Made by a program: the position numbers and the translations under genes
Assembly: GCA_965637545.1 (NCBI GenBank)
Contig: OZ281501.1
Coordinates: 11,780,001-11,844,000 of the forward strand
From: Phallusia mammillata
Taxonomy: Eukaryota
Length of the DNA: 64,000 nucleotides
Reading direction: 5' to 3'
Shown here: in pieces, positions 14,126 through 25,289 of the stretch
Layout: each line of letters begins with the position of its first letter
Position numbering within the stretch: position 1 is the stretch's first letter
The notes under the pieces: model-generated
Seen by the model: only the letters and a program-made list of their open reading frames with translations
The model's database searches: none
Told to the model about the DNA's origin: nothing

Positions 14126-14842
14126 ATGTTTTCTTGTACAAACTGCAAGAAGTCCAAACCTAGAAAGCAGAGAAGAGAAATGCACCAAAACGACTGGGAA
14201 TTGAAATGGAATAAGACGCCACACTTTCATATCGATTCGGTGCATCCTGATTTGCTAGATTTTGAGACAAAAGTGTTTTCATCGAAACGCAGAGTGTTGT
14301 TGCCTCTTTGCGGCAAATCGGCTGATATAAAATATCTTGTCGATAAAGGTCACGAAGTTGTTGGCGTGGAACTGCTAGAAAAACCCGTTTATGAATTCTT
14401 TAAAGACCACGAATTAAAGTTTACAAAGAAGATGTTAAACGAAAACTTTGACGTCTACAAAGCGGTAGATTGCAATGTAACCATTTACAGAGGAGATATA
14501 TTTCGACTTTCCCCTCAAGTCTGCAAAAAGTTTGACGTTATATGGGACAGGGGAGGGTTCAGTGCCATCAACGTGTCACAGCGAAAACAATATATAATCG
14601 TTTTGGCATCCGCTATGTCAAGCAGTGGGTTGTACGCTTTAAACCACGTGCAATACGACGAAAACCAGTTTGGGGGTCCACCACATTCCGCTAAAAAAGA
14701 AACAATTCAAAAACTTTTCGGAGCCAAGTTTCAGATCAGTCAACTTCTCCAAACATACGATGCTGCAAAAAGTGGTCGAGTTCCTTCTCCAAATTGTCTT
14801 GACATATTTTTAGTCAGTAATGTACTTTTGAAACTAAAGTGA
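14126..14842 (+). CDS. TPMT-like: TPMT-family SAM-dependent methyltransferase, copy A (intronless CDS)
   Basis: Motifs LPLCGKSADIKYL, GHEVVGVE, IYRGDIF, FDVIWDRGGF and GGPPHS. The ORF opens at 14060, but only ATG 14126 is conserved in the duplicate at 27194. Confidence 0.92.
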   Translation: MFSCTNCKKSKPRKQRREMHQNDWELKWNKTPHFHIDSVHPDLLDFETKVFSSKRRVLLPLCGKSADIKYLVDKGHEVVGVELLEKPVYEFFKDHELKFTKKMLNENFDVYKAVDCNVTIYRGDIFRLSPQVCKKFDVIWDRGGFSAINVSQRKQYIIVLASAMSSSGLYALNHVQYDENQFGGPPHSAKKETIQKLFGAKFQISQLLQTYDAAKSGRVPSPNCLDIFLVSNVLLKLK

Positions 14843-15500
14843 ATGATTGTTGTCGAATGTTATCCGTTTTTTAAGTTTAAGGTACAGTTGAGTTGAGTTT
14901 ATTTCGTTCTTGTTTTCACTGCGAATTTGCAAATATTTTTCACTGCGAATTTGTAAATTATAAACAAATATTGTATAGTGGCCATTTCCGAATATCTGTG
15001 TTAAATTAGTTTACATTGTGTTCGCCTCGAAACTTTTTCGTAATTATGGAAACTAAGTTTTATCAGTGCGCCTGGCGTTTTCAATGAGACACGGATTTGT
15101 CATGAACTGCGACTTTTAGCTGCCAGCTAACATAAAACTTTTCGGTTAAATTCTGTCAACAATTTATTCATCATCATTCTGCTCACACGGATTCGCCGAC
15201 CTTCTTTGTCACTTCTTATCATAAAAGTTGTCACTTCTTATTGTAGCCTCATCTTTTCCCTACCTCAACATATTTTTTTTGCTGTTTTTCTAAACTTAAT
15301 TCTTGTGATGATATTTTATTACTGCCCACATTATCACTTATGTTAAATAAAACTTTTATGGTGTAAAAGATGCATAATTTTAGTTCTTACAATAAGATTG
15401 TAGCACAAAACCGCAACACAAAAGGGTGATCAAATAAAACACCAACCGAGCAACCTGCTAAGTGTTTTCTGATACATTTTCGACGAAAACCCAACATAAA

Positions 15501-15511
15501 ATGAGTCAGCG
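15501..15511. promoter_or_regulatory. ARE/MARE-like site (paralogue of 29073)
   Basis: ATGAGTCAGCG; fits TGA(C/G)nnnGC. Confidence 0.4.
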
Positions 15512-15649
15512 ATTTTTGGATTGCGCCACTCCATTGAACGGTTGGGTGAGATTTGAAGCAAATTGAAGCGTAATGGCGGCTGCTCAAGGAAGCCCAAAAA
15601 ATGCATTGCGGGCAAAAGTGAAAAAATATCGATAAATCTTGTTTTAGGC

Positions 15650-16034
15650 CAGCGGTTCTTAAACTGGGGTCCGCGGTCCTTTAGGGGCCCGTTAGGCAAT
15701 TCTTGGGGGACCGCGAAAAGGTTGAAGTACTTCTATAATCTTATTTGGCGTCAGTTTGTGCCACTGAGTAAGTTTAAATCAAAGTAGAATTGAGAATCGA
15801 CTGTCACCATTGGGAAACAATAGCCTTGTTTACACGACAACTAACAAAAATGCAATTGTTCGCACACAATCATTTTTTTCTTGTCTGTGGTGTCACAAGC
15901 TGTCTTTGGATTATTGTCATGCGCAATTTTGCGTAACTAGCTAAAATCCTGCAATAAACTTTCGTTTTTCTGAAATTAACATTCAAAGGGATGGGACCGT
16001 TTCGAAAAAATATGAAGAAGTTTGAGAACCACTG
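15650..16034. mobile_element. hAT-type MITE
   Basis: TIR CAG(C/T)GGTTCT(T/C)AAAC; perfect TSD ttttaggc. Same family inverted at 50933-51381 and truncated at 22799-23070. Confidence 0.9.
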
Positions 16035-16926
16035 TTTTAGGCGATTGTACAGCGATTTTTGCATATATGATCGGTATTTTATTGAGAGTAATGTATTCCA
16101 GTGTGTAATAACCAATAAATATTTGTAGATTGACTGCGAGGTGTATGCAGGCGTACCGGGGTTAAAACGACTTTTAGTTAGTGTTGAAATAAATCTTTAC
16201 TGGGTGGTAATAAATGTTTTTTTTTTTTGTTCAATACAGGTGGTTTACATGCGTTCCTCTATATTTGAGACATAATCAAACAAGAATAGCTCTTTCCGTC
16301 ACCCAAGAGGATGTGATACTTTATTTAACATTATCTTGCGCTGATCCAAACTGCTGTTTTTGATTGTCACCAATGGTGACCATAGTCTTGGTCCAAGACT
16401 AGACTCTTGGAACTAAAATGTAAAAGTTGGTTGTAGAGCGTTTAACATTATTTTGCTTGTATGCTACAAACTGTATATTTAGTAAGCTCATTTTTTAGCT
16501 CATTTAGTGTAACCTTTTTAGTTTGCAACCAACATGTGTCGACTAAATTTTTGCTAAAATGTTATGAATTGTCAAACTAAAAGTTCTCAATTAAACTCCA
16601 AAATCTTAAAGAGATACATGTGCATAAATGCATTTAAGACCTTACACACAAATGAGATGCCTATTTATGTACTTTCAGTCAGAATCATGAAATATTGTTT
16701 TTATTTTCCTTCAATAAGCATTTTTTCTGGAAAAAAGCCTACACAACGATTTACATCAGCACTTAAATTATTTCTTGCAAAACAGAAATAAAGACAACGA
16801 TTACAACTGCACTAGGCAAGTTTATACAGATATCCTGCATCTATTGCCAGGTGCATCACCATTATTGGTGATCCCAATATAACAGATGGTGCATTCACAG
16901 TTTAAAATGTGCAGCATATCATGCAT

Positions 16927-17284
16927 AGGCCTACCGTACGTCCTCTTTATGGAGGACATGTCTTTCTTTTTGACAAAAAACAAGTTGTGCTCCGAGGACA
17001 AAAAAGTGCCCATCCTCATTTTTAAAGAATTTCTGATATATCAAATACATATGTGACAATTCAGGCTTTGAAAACAACCAAATATACACCTTCAGCTTAT
17101 TTTTTAAAGAATACAGGTGAATTTTATTTTTGAAAATACAAACTAATTTTAGTGTTGTGATAAACATTTAAACATACCGTCTAATTTCTGAGACTTTTAT
17201 TTTTTAGGGGCGCCCTAAAATATATTTTTTTATGTACTTTTTAACAACATGTCCTCCTTTTTAGGGATGGAAATACGGTAGGTC
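16927..17284. repeat. Interspersed DNA-transposon-like repeat
   Basis: aggcctaccgtacgtcctc...ggaggacatgtc...ggatggaaatacggtagg. A second full copy lies at ~51598-51989 and a fragment at ~18400-18480. Confidence 0.7.
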
Positions 17285-17803
17285 TTTTATTAACGGAGAA
17301 TGCTAGAACCGAACAACATAGTCATAGAGAAACTTACGGAAAATTACGTTGAGGGTCCGTACGTTGAGCTGGCGTATAAAACTTATAAAAAGGGTCAGTG
17401 ACTAAAAAAGGTTGGGAATCACTGCTCTACAGTATATGCACAACAGCAACATGTGGCCACCGGTTGTCACGTTTGGTGTTAGATAACAGTAATCACGTCT
17501 AAGTTTAAATATGTGCCATGTCAAATTTGCCCAGTTGTTTTGTGTGTTATTAATACACATTTTTTAGTTATCTCTGTATGGTTTATCTTTTCTTACAGTA
17601 GTTCCCAACCGGAGGTACGCGAACACCTTTCGGTATTTTCGCACGATGTTAGTTAGGGTTGGCATCATAACTATTTATAAACAAAATGCTTTGTTATAGA
17701 TTGTTTCGTTATAATAACTACAACAAACACTATTATGCGTTTACCATAAAAAAAATTCCAGGAAAGTTGGGTGCACTGTGCAAAAATTCTATTTAAACTA
17801 GGC

Positions 17804-18395
17804 CAGGCGTCGCCAACCTTTACCACTGTATGAGCCACTCGGAGCAATTTCATAGAGTAAAAAAAAACGCTGGGAGCCACGAAGCCATGAAATGAAATTC
17901 CACTGCAAAAACGTTTTTGTCTTACGACTTTTTTGTTATTAGTTAGTTTCTTGCATATTAGACACACTTGGTAAATCAGTCATGTCAGCAGTAACAGCAA
18001 ATGAAACTCTCCCACGTAGCTTTGAATGTTCTGTTTCCTCCAGACGCTGACTTTTTATTTCTTTGTATAACACGTAATGTTAGACAAATAAACAAACACT
18101 TATTGTTGCGCGCGCACACACACTGCAAAACGAAACAGTAACCTTGTACGTTAACCTGCGCGCCGCCAGTTTGCCTCTTTCGGGCTTTACGTTTCATGGT
18201 ATGGACGCGAATAATTGTAGATGACTGCTAGAAGCGGGTTCGCTCATGTTATTGCATTATCAATTTCGACATTTGTGTTCGGCATAATCGTCACAGAAGG
18301 TGTAATCAAAACATTTGGTATTTTCAAAAACTGAGCCGCATCAGATGGATCAAAGAGCCGCATGTGGCTCCGGAGCCGCGGGTTGGCGACCCCTG
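17804..18395. mobile_element. hAT-type MITE
   Basis: Ends caggcgtcgccaacc / ggttggcgacccctg; perfect TSD aactaggc. Confidence 0.85.
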
Positions 18396-18635
18396 AACTA
18401 GGCTCACCATACGTCCTCATATCCTTCTTTTTAACATAAACCAAGTTGTAATCCGAGGACAAGAAAAAGTCCCCAAAATTTCCACCTATCAAAAGCTAAA
18501 TGTGGTCTTCCGTTAGGTATGGTGTTAGTAGATTTTCCAACCGGGGTAACGGCCAGTAGCGCAATCCAGTGTTTAAGATCATGCATGACGCGGCCCACCT
18601 TCGTGATAAACGAGTTAAAAATTATAGGTCAGTAA

Positions 18636-18646
18636 GTGACTAAGCA
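18636..18646 (+). promoter_or_regulatory. ARE-like site (paralogue of 29156)
   Basis: GTGACTAAGCA = RTGACnnnGCA. Confidence 0.4.
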
Positions 18647-18959
18647 ATTTTGTTGGGTCACGTTTCGTTTCAGATGTCATTCAGACAAGATTCAGATTGT
18701 AGCTAGTTGATATGGCAGAAGCTGAGTTTTGCGCTGGCAGCAACGTTTGTCAGTCAGGAATTAAATTCTGCAGATGAATAGCTATTTGTTTTGTTAACAA
18801 TTTATCAGGGGCGGCTCATGCTAAAGTGCTGCAGCATCCCCTAGACCAGCGGTTCCCAACCTTTTTGTTGCCGTGAATCCTTGATATCATTTGCCAAGTT
18901 GCGGTGACCCCAAGGTTAAAATTAGTAGGGTATATATTAAAATTTGTGTAGGTCTATAT

Positions 18960-19826
18960 CAGAGGTCACCAAACGTTTGTCACTGCGGGCCTGATAAGTT
19001 TAATAACGATTCGTGCGGCCGCATGCCCTAGCACTGTCGTTTCAAACTTAGCCCGCTGGGCGATTTTTATAGGGGCGCCAAACTATGGTCTTTCTACATT
19101 CCATTTAACATCCGGTGATTCCATTTAACATCCGGTGATTCCATTTAACATCCGGTGATGCGACTGTTAAACTGTACATTTAGTCTCATCTTAAGAGCAA
19201 TGCTTGTATATTACGTCACAAGTAACCAAAGAAGGCAATTGATTGCGCACAATTAACACTTGTTTGTGACGCAACAAACTGGTTATGGATCAATCCTGGG
19301 CGTTGTTATCCGATGTAACTACTAGATCAGTGGTTCCCAACCAGGGCCCATGGCCCCCCAGGGGGGCCACGAGCTGTGTTCCGGGGGGCCACGGGCGTAG
19401 ATTCACAAGAAACACCCACTAAAAGTCATTTTCACTTTAACTTTATTCCCGAATTTAATCGACTACTATTTGTTTATAGTGAGGTTTAACACGCTCATTT
19501 ACTCTATTAGACCTGTTTAAGGCCAAAGTTAATACCGCGTTCCAACGCGAGATGGCTATCTACATTTTAAGGGGGCCACAGGTCCTTCATGATAACTTAA
19601 AGGGGGTCACGAGGCCAAAAAGTTACTTTAAGGGGCCATGGTCCACGGAAGGTTGGGAACCATTGTACTAGATAATATCAATTCTACATATCGTGACAGG
19701 AAATTTTTCGTAAGGAGTATATTAATGTCTGAATGTTACAAAGTTATCAGCACGATTTGGCAAACCAAAGCATGTGGTCACGGGCCGGATGAAATGACCT
19801 TGCGGGCCGTAGTTTGGTGACCCCTG
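18960..19826. mobile_element. Nested hAT MITE (level 3), containing a 20-bp tandem repeat x3 at ~19101-19159
   Basis: Ends cagaggtcaccaaac / gtttggtgacccctg; TSD gtctatat/ctctatat (7/8). Confidence 0.8.
19328..19665. mobile_element. Nested hAT MITE (level 4)
   Basis: Ends cagtggttcccaacc / ggttgggaaccattg; perfect TSD tactagat. Confidence 0.88.
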
Positions 19827-21671
19827 CTCTATATTAAAGACCCACCCTTGCTATCAAGACCCACCCTTGCAATGTTGAGCACTGTTATTTTGTATTCTAT
19901 TTGTTAAATACAGTTTAGACCAAAATGCTTAATGTTTTTGTTTACTATCTATTTTTTTAAATAAACTAGTCGATAAGTTTACTTTTATTGGGGCTTGTGG
20001 TCCATGGCCTAAATCAAGTTGGTAACCATGCCTTAGGCGACCCCAGGCAAATTGTCAGACGACCCCAGTTGGGGTCGCGACCCACAGGTTGGGAACCGCT
20101 GCCCTAGACTATTTTACTTGATATTCCTACTATTATCTTCAAATAACATTCATCACAATATTTTTTTATGGTTGACCAACATATAATAAGCATAATTTCC
20201 GCCTTAATTGGCATTTGTTTCGAAAAATAATTATTTTTGTATTTGGACAATTAAGTTATCCATGGTGGGGCTGTGCGCTTTGCAGCACCCAATTTCATTA
20301 TGACGTTTGCAGTTGTGCGCATGCGCACTTGGATAAGCTGCATGGCGGGTGAAATACGAGTCAGCAGACAGTGTAAACATCACAAACAATTTGCAAAAGC
20401 ATCACAAACAATTTCCAAAGCAACAGGAATTTTGAAATACCTTACTAATGACAATTTCAAATCTTAGTTAGAACTGTTAAAGTCTTTTGTGTCAAAAAAT
20501 GTAACAAATCCTTCAAGAACATCAATGAATGAAACTAAAGAACTCTATTACTAAAAACCTAGTAGCTGCTAAATCGTTTACAGTGAATGGTTTACTAGTC
20601 TTAAGAATGAACATCCTACAGAAGAGCCTAAAAAGCTGGACACTGAAATGAAAATGTTTCTATCTTAGAGAATAATTAAGTTGATGTTTTGACAAATAAA
20701 AAAAAAAACTGACAAACAACCAGAAGGAAACAAACTTTTTTAAAGGACAACATGAACTCAAAACGATTTGCACCGGCAGTGCTTACAATAGTAAACAGAA
20801 CAGTTTCTTAGTCATCATTGGAAAATCACGGAGAAAGTTATCAATTATTTTCGCCTGTCTAATAAAACGGTGGACGACTTCAGACTTGTCAAAGTTTTCA
20901 GTCTGTTATTATATGCGACTGTTGTCTCCATCTGTCGTACTGAGTCTCTGGTGACTCGTGATTTATAATATACTACACAGTTTATTTTGCCTAAAATATA
21001 ACTTTATGATGCATTTTAGTTCGAAAAGGCAAGCACAAGGCTGCTAAATTATCACTTCGTGTTGTTACATTTGGTCCGTCTCCATGCAAGTAAACAAAAA
21101 ACACAAATGATACCGTCTGTTGGTTACACTCATGTTGATTGATTGGGTGACGAAAACGTCACAATGGATCGATGTTCATATTTGTATTTTTTGTTTTTCT
21201 AGAATAACAATTGCTCCCTAGAAAAGTGGCTTTCCTATATATGTGCAGTTTTTATGTTTTATAAAGGCTAAAAACTAGCAGCAGCACCCCCAGTATTTTT
21301 AGGCACCAGTCGCCACTGCATTTTATTGACTTTGTTTGGATACCGGAAGTGTTAAAAAATAGCAGTAGACACTGAAATCCACAAAATTGTGCATAAATGC
21401 AATGGGAGTAGAGCTCTCCACAAGTCACCTGCTGTTTTCTGGCCACCTGCTGTTTTTTTCCAAGTCACCTGCTGTTTTTTTCAGGATTTCTAGTAAACCA
21501 GCTTTAATATGATATGTAGTTTGTTTGTTGCTTGTTTCAATCTAACATTAGACGAGAAACCTGGTTGGCTTTACAAGCATGTTTGATGTTGTCGTGTGTT
21601 TTATGTGCCTAGAAACTTATGTACTATTTTCGAATCAGGTTGGGTCTGACTTAATGTGCTTTAATTCCAAG

Positions 21672-22346
21672 ATGAATACACAAAGTAGTGCCAACTTTTC
21701 TCTTAAAGATTGGGATGACAAGTGGAAAGCCAAAAAAACATTTTAGCATAGCAATGAAGTACATGTTGATCTTATAAAACATGAGAAGTTGCTTGATACA
21801 GGACGGATCTCTCTTCCATTATGTGGAAAATCCGTTGATCTAAAATATTTGGCAGAAAAAGGCCATGAAGTTGTTGGTTTGGAGTTTTCGGAAAAAGCAT
21901 GTGAAGACTTTTTTCAAGAAAATGGGCTGCAGTTTACCAAAACCAAACTTGCAGATTTCGCATTTTTTCAGTATGAAGCAAAGGAACTAAAAATTACAAT
22001 CTTTCAAGGAGATATGTTTGATGCAAATAAAAGCCTGTTGGGATCATTTGATGCTATATGGGACAGAGGTTCATTTGTTGCTATCAATGAATCTGATAGA
22101 CCCAAGTATGCAAAAATTCTTTGCAATATTTTAAAGCTCACAGGCAAAGTGCTATTGAATAGTGTTACTTATGATAGCACTAAATTCGGTGGACCTCCTC
22201 ATTCTGTTGACAGAGAAACAGTAGTAAAAATATTTGGTAACATGTTCAAAGTTACAATTCTTGGTAGCTATGACTATCTTAGACCCCAACTGAAAGCAAG
22301 GGGTATTACTAAAATGATTGCCAGCAACTACATTTTAACAATATAG
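21672..22346 (+). pseudogene. TPMT-like copy B with a premature stop
   Basis: ATG at 21672. TAG at 21744-21746 replaces the TGG (Trp) found in paralogue B'. The rest of the frame is open and close to B' (29643-30317). Confidence 0.85.
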
Positions 22347-22519
22347 GTTATAGTAATCTGGTATGTTTTTAAAACCATATTGTGATTTAATTACTGTAAA
22401 CTTATGATTTATGTCATATTGGGGTGTCTCAATTATCATAACTATGTGCATATTGCTAATGTTTGGTGGCCCATCATTGTCAAATAGTTTTACATGTATA
22501 AAATCGTTTAATTTCAAAA

Positions 22520-22775
22520 TCATTTGGATTTTAAAAACGTTTTATAATTTTGCAATCAGTAATATTTTGAAATCATTTTCATTTTAAAGGCGTACTCATT
22601 TTGAAACCGTTCCCATTTTTAAAATAATTTTATTTCAAGACCGTTTTCGTTTTAAAATCGTTTTTATTTTAAAATCAATTTCATTTTACATTCAATTTTA
22701 TTTCAAAATCGTTTTTTTAAACCGTTTTTGTTTTAAAATCGTTTTCATTTCAAAAACGTTATCGTTTCAAATTCC
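22520..22775. repeat. AT-rich degenerate tandem repeat (cgttttcattttaaaa-like units)
   Basis: Recurrent ttttaaaa(a/t)cgtttt and ttcatttt units. Confidence 0.55.
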
Positions 22776-22798
22776 AGTCTGCTGCATAATGTATAAAC

Positions 22799-23070
22799 CA
22801 GTGGTTCTGAAACTTTTTCATTATTTTTTCAAAACGGTCCCTTTGCCATTATTTCAAGGACTCGCGGTCCTTGAATGTGTATTTCAGAAAAACGAAAAAT
22901 GATTGCAGGCTTTTAGCTGGTCATGCAAAATACAGTTTGTGACATCACAGACAAGACAAAAAAAAACATTACAATTGTGTGCGAACAATTGCATTTTTGT
23001 TAGTTGTCATGCAATAAAGGCTATTGTTCAACAATGGAGGCAGAATATTTTTAATTCCACTTTGATTTAA
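22799..23070. mobile_element. Truncated MITE of the 15650/50933 family, followed by the start of another CAGGGGTGTCCAAC element at 23073
   Basis: Matches the 5' part of 50933-51381. Confidence 0.7.
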
Positions 23071-24578
23071 ACCAGGGGTGTCCAACACGTGGCACGCGTG
23101 CCAAAAGTGGCACGCAGAGCATTTGAAAATGGCACGCGAGCTTTTGCACATTCATATGGTAAACATTAGGATTTGTTACGCTATTAAATTTGCTTCTATT
23201 GATTCCTCTTGGCCTTTAGTCTAACTTTGGTAAAGATGATCATTAGTAAAGTTATACAACCCACTGATTAAATTGCATTTTTAAAAGCAATTCACGTTTC
23301 AAATATAGCTGACCGTGTATTGTTGACGCCTAAACTTAGGTCATCTTGGATCAAATTTAGGCTGTTGCAGTGCTTTGCAAACGGACATTAAACACGGCTT
23401 AGGAAACCAACCTACATAACAGCTTTGCATCTAAAAGCGGCTCGAAGCACCTTGTATTATTGTTTGATGTTGGCCAAATGAATTAATTTAACCAAGAAAT
23501 TTACAATTATTTTATTTCAGAAAGTTGCTGTGCCACATAATATTAAAACGTGATTGTACGTGCCATGTTTATGTTGCAATAAAATGCCCGTTTATTTCGA
23601 AACAATTGTAGTTGTTGCGTTTCAATCGATGTCAGTTCAATTAATTACGTGACTACAAACGCATTTGTGGTTAGTTGGAAATACGTTTTAAAACCGACGT
23701 AACTTGAACAAAGATGCGATTTCGACGTTACACAAAGTACTCTACGCCAATGCCCCTGCAAACTATTCGTATCTTGTGTCGCATAAACAGAATAAAAGGT
23801 TTCTGAAGTATTATAAACAAGTTTACTCGCACTTGACGACATGAAATAGCTTATATTTTTGTTTTTAAAGTAAATAACATGTTTGGCGAAACAAAATTTT
23901 GCATTTGCTAAATCTAATATAAAGCGAAAAGATACTTGGGAACAGTTAGAAGCTTGGTTAGCAAACGTCGGTATTCAAATTCTGATGCTTCTAAAATATA
24001 CAGGATCGCTTGGTGCACATTTATATCGCAATATTGCGTCGCTCGGATGCACCTACATGGAAGGTGCACCAGGTGATATAAAGATTCACCAAGCGGTACA
24101 AGCGCTAAAATAATACTGCACCAAGTGATCCTGGATATTTAACATGCACCCTCCAAATTATGCAAGGCATAATACTACGTTTGTCATTGGTGGCAACATA
24201 GCTTTAAAATCCCCGAATTTCGAGATATCGTTTACTGTGCTTGTACTTTTCCTCGTAAGGAGGGCAAAACTATTTATTTCCAAAACGCTTAAAAATAAAT
24301 TTAACAAACAGTGACATACTATCTCTCCTGTGTTTGGTTTGCCAATAGCTGTATTTGTATTCCTAAATTCTGGAAAACATGACAATTAAAAAGATCCGTA
24401 TTTACAAATGATGGTAGATTCCTGAAGACTGAAAATTAAACTAAACTAGCTGTAAGAATTTCTCTGCGCTCTTGTAAGTTGTTTATAGAACCTCATGTTA
24501 CACGCTTCATTGCGCATTGCACAACAAGCGTTTGATTGTTGCGTCACTCCTGCGCATGCGCGAACTGTAGCGTGGAGA

Positions 24579-25289
24579 CGGGGCTGTAACAATTTAGTGA
24601 CAGGGTGACACTCGCTGCCTGTCACTGACAGGCTGTCCCAGATTTGTGACAGGGTGTCCCTGATTTGTGACAGGTGTCCCTGATTTGTGACAGGTGTCCC
24701 TGATTTGTGACAGGTGTCCCTGATTTGTGACAGGGTGTCCCTGATTTGTGACAGGTGTCCCTGATTTTGGGTAGAGCGACTAACACCACCACGAGAACCA
24801 CAACCTCGCTTTCACAAGGTGCTGAATTTGATTTTTTTATTTAGCGGCTATGAATGGGTTGGGTTGGGAATTAAGTTTTTCAAATTTTTACATTAGTAAC
24901 TAATTTTTTGGGTTAGTTTTATTGAATTTTAAGTGCTAATACCTTACCCCGACCCTAATAGCCCTAACCGTGAGCATTTTTGGAGATATAACCAATCGAC
25001 TTTTGGTTGTGATTCTCGTTATTTCATTGGACATTGTTTTACTGCTGTTTCTTAAACAATTATACTTACAAAAGTCAAAACATATCTTGTAAGTAAGAAA
25101 TTACGCCTTCCCGCTTATGTCTTGCTATTTATTCTTGGTGACATTCAAAATCAGGGACACCCAAAATTAGGGACACCCAAATCCGCAGCGACTTTAGTGA
25201 CAGCCTGTCCCTGATTTGGTGACATACAACGGGTGTCCGTGACACCTGTCCCAAACGTGACAGGTGTCCCAAAAATGTCACAACCCCTG
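24579..25289. mobile_element. TIR element with an internal 20-bp minisatellite
   Basis: Ends (c)ggggctgtaacaattt / aaaatgtcacaacccctg. About 6 copies of tgatttgtgacaggtgtccc at ~24635-24767; related motifs recur in both orientations at 25145-25270. Confidence 0.6.

Larger units (their letters stand above)
18847..20101. mobile_element. Nested hAT MITE (level 2)
   Basis: TIR CAGCGGTTCCCAACC; perfect TSD ccctagac. Confidence 0.88.
18806..21318. mobile_element. Outer hAT-like element of a nested stack (level 1)
   Basis: Ends caggggcggct / agtcgccactg; TSD caatttat/cattttat (7/8). This segment is absent at the paralogous site near 29330. Confidence 0.7.

Noticed and set aside
21744-21746. TAG in copy B as programmed readthrough or pyrrolysine
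   Set aside because: It is one base from the paralogue's TGG, pyrrolysine is not known in animals, and the disrupted promoter favours pseudogenisation.
24635-24767. 20-bp tandem array as a CRISPR array
   Set aside because: The repeats are head-to-tail with no unique spacers, there are no cas genes, and the context is eukaryotic.
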